DNA of 59,222 nucleotides, counting the filler, from Sphacelaria rigidula (Eukaryota): assembly GCA_964200075.2 (NCBI GenBank). It is 7 parts of 7 records of this genome, joined end to end, with 100 filler letters (N's around TTAATTAATTAA, not from the genome) between each part and the next. Parts side by side here need not be neighbours in the genome. Positions count along the whole stretch, not along the records: positions 1 to 8,375 come from CAXNAA020011337.1; positions 8,476 to 16,850 come from CAXNAA020011338.1; 5 more parts are not named here. The stretch is one strand, 5' to 3'. The stretch's first letter is position 1; every line of letters begins with the position of its first letter. The notes under the pieces are model-generated. The model was not told where the DNA came from, did no database searches, and saw nothing but the letters and a program-made list of their open reading frames with translations. This document shows, in pieces, positions 1 to 11,261 of the stretch. A program made the position numbers and the translations under genes.

Positions 1-71
1 ACTGAAAATGATGCCGATTCACCAAAACCAAAATCAGCACTCCCTGGGGGGTTTAGTTCCCAAAGGGTTAA
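1..71. mobile_element. Candidate piggyBac-like element end (AAAGGG followed by TTAA), cut by window start
   Basis: Shares AAAATGATGCCGATT...CACTC...AAAGGGTTAA with 35165-35231; both copies stop at GGG|TTAA, the piggyBac terminus/target pattern. Partner end not seen. Confidence 0.4.
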
Positions 72-1770
72 GTGTGTGTGTAGACTCGTCGTTTTACTTG
101 GATCTGTTCGCTTCGCCCCCGGCCGCCCGGCCAAATCAACCTAATGGGGAAGGGGAAAAAGGGGGCGGCGGTCACAAAGACTGGTGGGCAGGCAGAGGAA
201 TCTTGATTCTTCCAACAACACCCCCCTCCCCCCTAATATACATATATACATATATAGAGAGAGAAACAGCGGAGAAGATGAATGAGGAAAAGAGGGCTGC
301 CTTACTACATAGCACGTATATGTGGAACCTTAGTATATAGTACGTGACCACACACATGCACACACACCCTACCCCATGCAAAACTAGAGTACGATCAGGT
401 CGCTTTGGAGGGTTTTTCCTGCGCCAGTGTTGCGTTTGTTTTGCTTCGTGCATACTATCCACCCTTGGACGGCGGTACTACTGGACCAGAAAAAAGAAAA
501 ACATCAAGGATTAGTTGGATGTGTGCAATAATAGGCGATGAATACATTTGCTCCACAGACAGTCTGAGTGGTGAGCTCATGTCTATCGTTGGCTGCGGGA
601 AAATGATGAGAGCGATGCGTGTGCTTGTGATAGTACTCTCCGTATCTCCGTGCTCGTTTGTTCGGTGTCTGTTTTTTCTTTTCTACTTTTTTTTTGCTTC
701 TTCTCACATGTTGTGTTCTTGTCATTGCGGACCTTTTACTTCCTCCAAAAGGGAGGCAGAAGGAGCGGGGGCGAAGGCGGGGGGGGGGGGGGGGGCGAGC
801 ACCGAACCACGTGTGGCGTGCTTTTCATCAGTCAGTCTTTTCCACAGTAGTATTGCTTTTGCTCGGGGATAGCGTTAGCCATATAGTTATGCTTAGTGTT
901 GTACTGTACTGTACTGTACTGCACTGTACGGCACACGGGTCTTGTGGCAGTCTGGACATTGTGACACTCGATCAGTCGATCGTGAAGCCGAACACAACAT
1001 GAAACCTACGCACGACGATCTTGGCAGAGTCAACAGACACCTATGTGTGTGCTTGTGTATTTCCGTGCTATTCACCGCGGGTATGTCCACATATACTGTT
1101 GACAGCACCGCGACTAGTTTAGGCGCCGTGCTCGTCCTTTGAGGATTGTTTTTTTTTCACGGGGAGTCGGGAAAGGCACGACACGGGTGTAATTCGTGCG
1201 CAAAAACATGGCACGGGCACGTTTCATCTCAACTCCAACCGGCGGGGTACTGTCATCTTCGATTTTCAGAGCCCACGTCACATTAGTTCAATTCTTTCAC
1301 TACATGAGTTTTTATCTCCGACTCGTGGTCACAGGGTGCAAGAAACTCACCACCGATGACCATAAAACCAGGATTCGACAGAGGATGTCTTTGCACAAAA
1401 AACTGAACACGAAAACAATCACCCCGCCAAACCGATCGAGCAACGAGGAACACACTGCAAGCCAGCAAATTACGGCGTGCGATCTAGACGACCACATTAC
1501 CACCCCCTGCTGCATGTACACGTAGGAACAGCAAACGCAGGAACCGACATGTCGCAGGCAGCGAGAACCACCCCGAAAAAGACTAGATAATTTTGAAAAA
1601 ATATCACAGGATCAAGGAAATTAGGTGATGGCTTCATCGACGAAACATCAACTGACTTGGCTCAGCATCAACATCAAGTGAGTTGATCACCCTAATATTA
1701 GTTCGGTGTAATTACCCAGAGCTAATCCAAGTTCGAGAACCTCAAATCTACCTGCCCTTTTGTTTTTCCG

Positions 1771-2063
1771 CTCACACTTTCAACCCCCCCCCCTTCCTCG
1801 GAATGAGTCTGTGGTCTTGAGGGATCAACTCACCTCTCCCCCGGTACGCGCCTTTCGTTTCACTCTTGCGGATTGGGTCAGCACTTCCGCACCGCGTCAA
1901 CCCACGTCACACGAACCCAGTCGACTAATATTGTTTACCCACGTACTCACGTTTTCACGGTGGAAATTGTACATAACGAAGAAAAAAACCAACCTATCGG
2001 GGATCGAACCCTCATTCTCTCTGCCCCAATGGCAACAGTCGGATCAATACACCACCGGGGCGC
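1771..2063 (-). mobile_element. tRNA-derived SINE, family B, copy 1
   Basis: Minus strand has A-box-like TGGTGTATTGA (~2044-2054) and B-box GGGTTCGATCCCC (1999-2011); ~290 bp homologous to 14671-14967. Confidence 0.65.
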
Positions 2064-2446
2064 TAGAAGCAGATATTTCCGTGATGTGTCGGGAGCAGTT
2101 CAGAACGAAGGCAATATAAAACTGAGGACACACCCAATGCCCCCCAATCCTGGCCCCCGAAAAGTACTCGGGAAAAAAAGTTGGTTTGACGACGTTACTG
2201 TAAGAATACACGACGCCCAAAGAACAGGAGCCCAAAACGAGAAGAAACGACGCCGCTAAAAAATCACAGAAACTGACGGAAGCTGACGTGGATGATGTCG
2301 GATCTGACGAAGTTCATCACGTCCCGAGTGTAGACATCTGGTTCGAAACGCAGCACGGTATCAAGGAGGAAGACAAGGGGAAAGTAAAGGAACGAAGAGA
2401 CGTGAACAAGCGTGCAGGCTGAAGATTGGACTGAGGCATATTGAAA

Positions 2447-2696
2447 GACTAATGCCGAGATAGCCCCCCCGCAAAAATTGCACCGGAGACCATCCAACGA
2501 ACCGGCTGCGATCCCACTATTGAGCTCGTTTGCAACAATTTCGCCCACATGAGAGGTGTGTAGCAGTCCGAAATCAGCCACAATGCCCACATGAGCCGCG
2601 TCGTGCAGCACGAAACCAGCTTTCACGCCAGTTATGATCATCGCCTCCGTGCACGTTTTTGGCCGGTTTGGGGTGGGGGCTATCTCGGCAGCAGTC
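2447..2696 (-). mobile_element. ~250-bp MITE (GACT family), copy 1
   Basis: TIRs GACTAATGCCGAGATAGCCCCC / GGGGGCTATCTCGGCAGCAGTC; flanked by GAAA on both sides; 5 copies in window. Confidence 0.9.
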
Positions 2697-4849
2697 GAAA
2701 GAAAGAAAGAAAGAAACGTCTGGTACCGACGAGAGCAATCATTGAAGGTGTGAGAGGGCAGGATGAAAACAAGACTACACATAGTTGAGAGGGAGTTGAA
2801 CAGGTACAAGGAATGGCCACTTGTGGTGCTTATCGTCAGCGGCGGTTTAGCTTCCAGCTCCGCTCCTGGTGGCCGTGGGTCGGCTACCTTGTCGGATTGT
2901 ACTGTTTTTCTTCTTTTCGAGGGGAGGGGACATCTTAGTTGGTGGCGTGACGGGTCGGTTTCCGGGAGGGGACAGGGAGTTCTCACTGACCCGCGGTGCT
3001 TTGCGCGGTGTCGAATCATCGTTGCTTGACGCATATGACGCTTTCTCCTTCAACAAGTGCCGTTGGAAATCAGACAGGAGCGTGGGACGCGTGTCGTAGA
3101 AATAGAGGTCACACCTTATGAAAGCTGGTTTGCCATCCCCCGCCGAAAGATCATAGTGTTGTTTGGGACAGGGTTGCTATACACTCGTAACACGGATGAG
3201 TGCACTCCTTGGCCGCTTTCACGAAGGTTTTACGCACGCGCGGCCGTCCCCGTGGGCGTCTACCCTGTCTTTAACGCCGGTAGGATCGGACATGCGGTGG
3301 GTGGTACGGGGTGCTGACCCCGATCTCGCCGCCACACGCTAAGCAGAGGAAGGGCAGCTGTTTTCTGGAGCCCTTCGGGACTGGTTTTGTATCCTGCGAG
3401 ACAGAGATGTGGGTGTTGCTGGCGGAGCACCTGTCAATGCCGAACGAGTTGGGAGGAGGACGAAGCGACGGTTGCGGAAAGTTCAGCGAGAAAATAGTAC
3501 GGAAGGAAAGATAGCTGTACTGTCAGCGAATGCGCGACGAACGGGTGTTGAAAGCAACGATGTCAAGTAGGTTGAAAAGGGAGGAAGGGGGATCAGAAGT
3601 TGCATTCGCTTATCAGGACACTTCTCGATGAACCTGCACTGAGGAACCAGCGGCCTCCACGCAAGTGTGGCATTCTGTACAAGAAAGTCTAACGTGTAGG
3701 AGTGTATTATCACAAAGAAGGTGGGAGGTCCCCTCCCAGCGTTCCGTTTCCAATGTGTGTCGAATCGTGGGCCTGCAATGGTTGGCGCCAACTCCAGTGG
3801 GAAAGTACACCGAAAGCATCGAAGAAATGGGCTGGGGAGTGAGCCAGTGAAAATTCTATATCTTCATTGCTATTACTGGAGCTCAACTGGAAATGGGTAC
3901 GAGAGCGCCAGTTGTCCAGTTCATGTGGAGATGTTGCGTCGCTTGTCTATACCGAGTAATTATTATAGTCGTTCAATGATGGGGAGTTCTAAGAAAGAAA
4001 CACTGTGTACGATTAGACTGTAAGGTTCAAGTCAGCAGTCTACAGCAGTTCAGGTCCCACAAACGTCGGTGGTACCTGAGTGTTCTGCAGTTTTTTTTAT
4101 CACCGACATCGGGTCGGTCGGAGGCTGGTCAGTCGAATGAGATAAACGAAGAAATTAAGAGGTTGGTCTCAGGTATGGTGGGACGCTTGGTGCTGAAGTG
4201 CCGAACTCCATACCCCAATTCACAATTGCATGAAGATCGATGTGAATATGAAGCAGGAGATACTCACAATACGTCAAAGTAATGTAGCAGGTATGTACCT
4301 CATCCGAAGAAAAACAAATTCGGTCACGGGCGATCACAAAATACACAAGCGCTCTATCGAATAAGCTGCGGTGAGAACCTGTTTACTTCAATTGCCCAAG
4401 GTACTGCCAGGGTGTGGCATGTTTGTTCCGATCCCCAGACCCCCAAGAAGAGGGTCTGCTGCTGGATGGTGTAGAGGAATGATGTTCGAATCGCTACTAC
4501 ATACCGAAGACATGTTAGAGCAGTACGAGGCTCGTATCAGCTCGCAGTGAGTGGTTACATTATTCACAACCAATTACGGTTACCGCAGAAAAAGAAGGTC
4601 AAACACGGGAAAATTCTCTGACTTGCGTGACGCTCCTGAGCGGGACCCCCTACCAGCCGGGAGGGGCGATTAGCCGGGGAAAGTGGATGGAGTGGCAACT
4701 GGTGCGGCAATTGTTGACGGAACTGAACAGAGCTGATTGTTCACAGCCCCGAGAGTAAATTTGAGTTTTTGTAGCGTTAAGGTGCATTGGGTAGGGTACG
4801 AGAGTTTTCGAGGATCATAAAGAAGTAGGGAGAACCGATAAAAAATCGC

Positions 4850-6330
4850 TCGGAGGCCACGGAACTTGTCGTGTAGGGATAGGAGGCTTTACAGAGAATC
4901 CACTGGGGTTCGTGTGATGAAAAAGGGTTGCTTAGAAAATCGAACACGCACCCGGATATTTGTACAAGGGTGTAGGGCTAAACCGTGTGTACAGAAAGAA
5001 CATAACTATTTCGGAAGGGTATGGTGGATCACAACAGTCACGCAAATGTCGTGGACCGGTAGGACAGCCTTCGACAAGTCACAGAACTGTCGAGGGGTTA
5101 GGAATGCGTTACTGAAGTCAAAGATCTGTCGAGTAGGGGTGTGCAAGTGACTCTGAAGTCATAAAGCTATCAAGTTGGGCAACGAAAGTCTTACAGATTT
5201 CACTAGAAAAATCGGGTAGGCCAACCACAGTCCAAAAGAAGATACAGAACTGTCGGTTACGGGGATGAAAGTTTTCCAGCAGTCACCGAACTGTCGTAAA
5301 GGGATAATATCTGTAAAGATACCCCGTAAATGCAACAAACCGGCCCCCATACGAGATAGGGTTGGACACCATCAATCGATGCCCTGCAAATTGATACTGA
5401 TGGCGGCGCAGATGAAGGCTCCCCAGTCGGTCCGATACCTGTTGATTATCATGTTTCGCTTTCCCTTTCAACTCGTACCCTGCAACCCGTCTGTTCCCTG
5501 AACAGGAAACAATATCTTGAAGGGTGTACGGAGTTGAATATCAAGGGGTGTGAGATGGGTGGAGATTGGGGAACAAGTGCGAGTTTTCAGAACAAAGGTA
5601 GGGATTGAGTTTAAATCTTCATCCCTCCAGGGTAATACCCGCACTCTGCCTGCATGTCATATGCGCACAAGGGTATATATGTTGAATCCGGGCCGGGATT
5701 ACGGGAGGCTCACAGACCTTGCAGAGTCGTCGCCCAGGGGTATGAGGCAGTTTCAGGTAATAACAAACTGGCAAGTAAAGTTAAGAAAGGTCTAACACAC
5801 CCTCTGCGTACCGGTTTGATAGTTTTACACGGTTGAATGGACTAGACAAAAGACAGCAGGAGCCAATCGCCCCGGCGAAGACGCGATTTTCTTGATTTGT
5901 CATATCATGCGGACAAGGTGTAGGTTCGTTTGAACCATACGTCGGACGACAAAACACACATCTTGTTGACAGCAGGCAGCACGCCGGAATTTGTGTTTCA
6001 GTGCGGAGCGATGGCACGATAAGCTGCGTCTTGGCCGTTGATCCCAGTAAAGGAAAACAGCGCACATACATACCGGCTCTGCACGCAATTGGCTGCAGGG
6101 TCAAACTCAGTTACCGGTTCCCCGGGTTAATTCCCATACATATGGCAAATATTGACGTGTTCATGAAAAGTATCTTGCGTAGCGAGAGAGGAGCAATTCT
6201 AAATCTCAAATATTGCGTCGTCGAACTCGATCCACCCACGGGGGTGTCGTTGTCGACCAGGGGTGTGATGGACTTACAGAACATACAAAACTGTCGGGTG
6301 CCGGTATAAAACTTTCACAGGGGTGACAGG
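4850..6330. repeat. Highly degenerate satellite-like region with recurring ACAGAACTGTCG-type motif
   Basis: Motif variants near 5081, 5244, 5285 and 6276-6300; periodicity not cleanly resolvable by eye. Confidence 0.3.
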
Positions 6331-6350
6331 ATTAAGGAACACACAGCAGT

Positions 6351-6597
6351 AGCCGGTCACCCCGGTGGCTGAGATGGTAACCTTCTGACGGTTCGGACGT
6401 GGGTTCAAATCTCGGGGAGACCTGAGATTTTCTCTCACACCAAGCCCAACAGTGAAGAGCGACTATGTCGTGAGTACACACAGTTCGACTTAACGGTCGA
6501 CGAGGGAAGGGACCACTGGACCCTTCTCTCGGTACGAAGAACGGCAAGCACCGCAGAAGAAAGGTGGGGTGCCGAAAAGACATAAAATAAAATAAAT
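6351..6597 (+). mobile_element. tRNA-derived SINE, family A (head + core)
   Basis: A-box TGGCTGAGATGG (6366-6377), B-box GGTTCAAATCTC (6402-6413), then core GAGCGACTA.GTCGTG.GTACACA...ACGGTCGACGAGG shared with 7131, 7821 and 34822 copies; A-rich end. Confidence 0.7.
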
Positions 6598-7130
6598 CTT
6601 GTGTTAGGCTTCCTCTGTGCGAAAAACGTATTTTCAGGGCATGTCTTAGCACTTTTCTTTCCGATCGAAAAAATGAGGCGGTGGAATTGATTCGAGCGAA
6701 AATTTCTCGTTTTGATGCAGTTGGGTCCGAATGGAGTTTAAAGCTTTCGATCGAAGCAAGGCAGTGAAAATCGTGAAACGGTACATGGTCACTCGTGTAC
6801 AGTACAGACAGTCTGTATTGTCTGTACTGCTTGCAAGCAGGGTGTCTTGAGTGCGTGTGTGCGTGTTTCGTGCAGGAGGAAATGAAGGAGAAGCGGGCAA
6901 CGTGCAGTGCAGGCTGCCCAGGACTATCAATTTTCTCTGCTTACAATGCAACGTGAAAAAGACTTCATTCAGCAACGTGCAGCTTTGTAGTGCCTGCTGC
7001 ACTGTCCATCAGCGTGCACGCAACTTGGTCTGCAGTTCACAGCGATATGCTCAAGTCGAGCTTATTTGGTACACCTGAGGAGTTATGGTTGGAGATGCAA
7101 ATGCTGCACTCTACACTGGCCCAGCCTGCA

Positions 7131-7340
7131 CGGTCGACGAGGGAAAGGGACCGGTGAACCCCTCTCGCGATAAAAAAAAGGCAAGCACCGCAGAAGGAAG
7201 GTGGAGTACTAAGAACAAACAAAAAACGAAACACTCCTGTGTTGACCTTCCTCCTGTGTGACTCCGGCTGATGCGCCCACATATACCGAAAGGTGTAGAC
7301 CGGCGCATAGAAAAGATGGGACGGCAACACACACTACACA
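7131..7340 (+). mobile_element. SINE family A fragment (core + 3' module ending in CA tail)
   Basis: CGGTCGACGAGGGAAAGGGAC...GCAAGCACCGCAGAAG...TGCGCCCACATATACCGAAAGGTGTAGACC...CAACACACAC, matching 34855-35067. Confidence 0.7.
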
Positions 7341-7427
7341 AAGTTCGAACATATGTGCCTTGAAACCAACCGCGAGAATAGATGAGACGATAACATACAC
7401 AGACTGTAGTGCAGCATAAAATTACCA

Positions 7428-7693
7428 TCGCACCAGGATACGGCGTCAACACTTCTTATCCGCTTGTGAAACCCCGTGCGAAGCGCAGCTCTGCCAGCAC
7501 AGACAGTTCAGCAGTGCAAGGTCGCACCTTTACGGTCTCCATTTGTCACCATGGAAGCCGAGGTACATCTCCGCCGCCCGGGGACGTTGCGATCAGAAGC
7601 GCCCGTACGTTCACCGCTTGTCGACAGTCGACACACGGAGAGTAGTTCGAATCAATCAGATCACGTACTTTAACACCCCCTCTCATCTCAGCC
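7428..7693 (+). repeat. 266-bp dispersed repeat, copy 1
   Basis: Begins TCGCACCAGGATACGGCGTCAACACTTCTTATCCG; highly similar, same-length copy at 7936-8201. Confidence 0.85.
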
Positions 7694-7820
7694 GACGGGT
7701 GGCGGCGGGAAGGGGCGGTAACCTGGCCGGTTGAACCACATATAGACATGGAACGTTTTGGCGTGGTGAGTGGGGATATAGGGACGCCTCTTTTCTCGAG
7801 TAGATACAAGTCCATACTAT

Positions 7821-7930
7821 AGTGGAGAGCGACTACGTCGTGCGTACACAAAATTCGACTCTACGGTCGACGAGGAAAAGGGACTGCTGAACCCCTCTCG
7901 CGACTGCTGAACCCCTCTCGCGATAAAAAG
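7821..7930 (+). mobile_element. SINE family A core fragment with 20-bp internal tandem duplication
   Basis: AGTGGAGAGCGACTACGTCGTGCGTACAC...ACGGTCGACGAGG; GACTGCTGAACCCCTCTCGC occurs twice in tandem. Confidence 0.65.
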
Positions 7931-7935
7931 TAAAG

Positions 7936-8201
7936 TCGCACCAGGATACGGCGTCAACACTTCTTATCCGCTTGTCAAAACTCGTGCGAAGCGCAGCTCT
8001 GCAAGCGCAGACAGTTCAGTAGTACAAGGTCGCACCTGTACAGTTTCCATTTGTCACCGCGGAAGCCGAGATACGTCTCCGCCACCCGCGGACGTTGCGA
8101 CCAGAAGCTCCCGTACGTCCACCGTTTGTCGACAGTCGACACACGGGGAGTAGTTCGAATCAATCGGATCACGTACTTTAACACCCCCTCCCATCTCGGC
8201 C
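7936..8201 (+). repeat. 266-bp dispersed repeat, copy 2
   Basis: Direct copy of 7428-7693, joined directly to the SINE A core. Confidence 0.85.
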
Positions 8202-8375
8202 ACGGACGGCGTCGGCATGCACAAGCGGAGACAAAGAAGAAAGCAGCAATGAAGCAGAACCTTCTTGAGGGGTTTTAAAGTGATTCGGAGAGCCGGTAGC
8301 TGCGTGTGATGCCTCCAACCTTCGAAAGTGCCTCGTTTGAAGTTGCGACAGTCAAGTCGACACTTTCTACGATAG

Positions 8376-8475
8376 NNNNNNNNNNNNNNNNNNNNNNNNN
8401 NNNNNNNNNNNNNNNNNNNTTAATTAATTAANNNNNNNNNNNNNNNNNNNNNNNNNNNNNNNNNNNNNNNNNNNN
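8376..8475. other. Assembly spacer between contigs 1 and 2
   Basis: 44 N + TTAATTAATTAA + 44 N; identical spacer occurs six times. Confidence 0.98.
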
Positions 8476-8521
8476 CGTACTTTTCGATTCTGGGGGCATA
8501 TACGTAGATGTTCCCTACGAA

Positions 8522-9010
8522 GAGTGTGGCGGGGGGGGGGGGGGGGGGGGGGGGTAGTGTGGTTCCACACTCTGGTTTTTGCCCACCCTCGCAGTAACTC
8601 GCATTATTGTTGATATTCAGCGTGGTACTGTTGTTTCGAGGTCCGTAATCATCAACCATCTACCCCTCCGTACCCCGTGCTGTCACTTGAGTCACTACTT
8701 ACTGCACTCACTGTTACAGCGGCATTCGTTTTTGCACGCGAGCATACCCACCCTTTCTGATATGGTGACCATAGCACACACACAGGTGTTTGATGGCCCC
8801 ACTACTAATTCTCACCCCCGCACCGACCCCGCCATACCCACAACGTAAGTAGGTAGGTGCGCCAGGCGGGTAATTGCCGGAAAGCACCCCTTCTGCTTTG
8901 AACAGTGTAACAAGAAGTGGTTGGTGGCACCACGGAACCGCGAGAAGAACGTACGATATCTATTGCACGTATGGTGATTATTTTGAAGCCCGCATTCATC
9001 AACCGTCAAT
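8522..9010 (+). repeat. Left terminal inverted repeat of the 6-kb element
   Basis: Inverted match to 13812-14562, e.g. CACACACAGGTGTTTGATGGCCCCACTACTAATTCTCA. Confidence 0.9.
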
Positions 9011-9059
9011 AAAATATATTGAACGCTACTAAGATGCTGCGAGGAATATGTTCCAGACA

Positions 9060-9180
9060 AACGTAGCACCCCCTGCCCCCTCCCTCCCCAAGCTCCGTCT
9101 AGAGAGGGATGCGTGGTCAATGAGCGACTGACTAAGGCAAGTAGTAACAAATGAGTACGCCCTCCCCTCCCTCCCCGACT
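9060..9180 (+). repeat. Short dispersed repeat (GGGATGCGTGGTCAATG...ACTAAGGCAAG...ATGAGTAC-polyC family)
   Basis: Related copies at ~16951-17160, ~17575-17640, ~18600-18735, ~20570-20645 and inverted at ~34295-34385. Confidence 0.7.
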
Positions 9181-9193
9181 ACAAATCACTGTA

Positions 9194-10500
9194 TCAGCTT
9201 GAGGCGCCCTTGTCTACCCGGCCGCCTTCCTCCTCTTCCTCTTCGTGCTCTTCCTTCTCATGATCTTCTTTGTTATCTTCTTCTGATCTGTTGCTGTCGC
9301 CGCTGTCGCCGCTGTCGCTGCTGTCGTCGCTGCCGTCGCTTCCCCATTTGGATGAGGCGCTGTTCTCGCCACTGTCGCCGTTGCCCCGCGTTTGCCTGGG
9401 ACGGCGCGTTTTGCGGGGGGCGGCAGCCGTGTCAGCGGATTTCTTGCGCTTACTCCAAGCGGGTGAGGCATCGGACTCCGACGAGTCATAATCCTCGTAC
9501 TGAGGACCCCGGACGACCATCAAACCCGGGAACACGTAGAACGGCGTCGGTTCTCGTTCGCCCGCCGCACGTTTTCTCAAAATCCTGGCTGTAGCAGCAG
9601 CGGTGAGTGCCGCGTCAACATTCTCCTTGGCGAACGGGCGCAATAGCTCTGCATGGGGGCTGGCCGGCGGTACTGCAGATTGCATTTGTATGTTCGCCTG
9701 GCGCTCGTCGTTCTAAAGGGCATAGAACAGAGGGCACGTGTCGTCCACGCGCAAGTACAGTTCATCGCGTGGGCCACACACTTCTGTTTCCGACAGCATC
9801 TTTTGGAGCTGCTCGTTGTTTGCTATGTGGAGCATACGGATGTACATGTCATTCCGACTGTTCGCATCGAGGGAAGCGAACGCTTCCCGTCGAGAGGGGT
9901 GCACTTCGTGTGTACCCCACGCTGGGATGTCGCATTCATTGACGGTGTAGCTGCGGCCTTCTTGCGGGAACAGGATTTGTTTGTGATGGTCGGCTGCGCA
10001 TGGCAAGGGGAGTGATGGCGAGGGGCGACACAAGGGTCGGTGGAGTTCCCACATTACTATATCACGCGGCAGTGATATCCAGCTGATGGACGAAGGTGAA
10101 GATGGCACCACCCAGCGACAAAACTGCTCATAGCAGAACTATGGTGCATATACTATTAGGTACGCATCAAACCCATTACTTGCGCACCTGCCACCTCTGT
10201 CTATCTGCAAGGGTTTGCAGCTCTCGAAAAGCTATATTGTTGAACGAAACAACAGATGAAGAACAAACACGCCGGGAACTCCACGCGGGCTTCATTCACC
10301 TTCAAAGTGTATCCAAAGTCCGTGCACAAATCAGTCGCGACCTTCAGAGTTGCGGCAGCGTCGTCGAGCGCATCGTCGCGGTTAGGGTCTGTGAGTAGGT
10401 GGTAAGTATGGCGCACGCGCCCCGGGACTTCGAGGGCCTCGATACCTTCAGGTAGGTGGCCCGGACGTACGACCACCTGCTCGACGAGGGACAGTGACGT
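9194..10500 (-). pseudogene. Spliced gene of unknown function inside the long-TIR element, acidic Ser/Asp/Glu tail
   Basis: ORFs 9713-10111 and 9194-9685 are in one frame, separated by a single TAG; upstream AG/GT-bounded 201-bp exon 10300-10500 (TSLSLVEQVVVRPGHLPEGIEAL...). No domain recognised. Confidence 0.5.
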
Positions 10501-10618
10501 CTGAGCACGGCAGAAACAATGGGAATGCGGGTTAGGGTGAGCGTCGTAGTTAAAATATAGCAGAGCACAGGACTTCATTCAACATGGTAGGACAGCACAA
10601 CGAGCATGTTTTTTTTTT

Positions 10619-10795
10619 AGTGTCCCGAACTTATTTGGCAGGTGCTTTTGTTTTTGATTCGACAAAACAAACACGACGTGTCTAAAACGCACACCCGCTT
10701 ATGCGGCCAACCACACCCTGGGGTGCGTTTCGGACGCTTTTAATTATTTTTTGTTAGATCAAAAAGAAAAACGCCTGCCATAATTTCGGAAAACT
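10619..10795. mobile_element. Small MITE-like element
   Basis: Imperfect TIRs AGTGTCCCGAACTTATTTGGCAGGTGCTTT / AAAACGCCTGCCATAATTTCGGAAAACT plus an internal inverted pair. Confidence 0.45.
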
Positions 10796-11261
10796 CCGAA
10801 TGACTTAGGCCTTCGCTCCATAGGCCTGAGCAACAATAGCCATTTCTGTTTCGTGGGGCCGAGACAGACCTTTTGTTTTGAAGCGATTTTTTGCGTCTTT
10901 TTCAAGCCTTCCTTCCACCCGTGGAGCCTATTTTTATTCAGGGAGAGCCCTTTGTTTCCAAAAGCCCGCGTCTGACACGGTTAAGGGCTCGCGCAAACGT
11001 AGCGGCACAGACTTGTGGGACAGGGAAAGTATCTGCGTTATATATAACGACAAGCGGGACCTCCTGTACGTCACAAAACACAAAACAGCACAGCACAACA
11101 AGTAGAAGCGCCAAGAGAGAGGGCAATCGATGTCCATACAGCACAGCCAAACGCAGCAGACGACGAAATGGAGGGGGGCTGACGTGCACCACAACACCGC
11201 GTGATATTAACCTTGAATTTGCCGTCAGTGTAGGCTTGGCGGAAGCAGTTGTTGCGCCGCC

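Noticed and set aside
2264..3034. 256-aa minus-strand ORF as a gene
   Set aside because: It reads through a MITE and a GAAA run; the recurring peptide GFVLHDA...ADFGLLH in several ORFs is just the MITE translated.
6351..6420. Functional tRNA genes at 6351, ~2000-2063, ~14900-14967 and ~29665-29735
   Set aside because: A/B boxes are present but no complete cloverleaf could be folded, and they are attached to repeat bodies.
8420..8431. TTAATTAATTAA as a biological motif, and ORFs running into it
   Set aside because: Artificial six-frame-stop linker embedded in Ns at regular contig joins.
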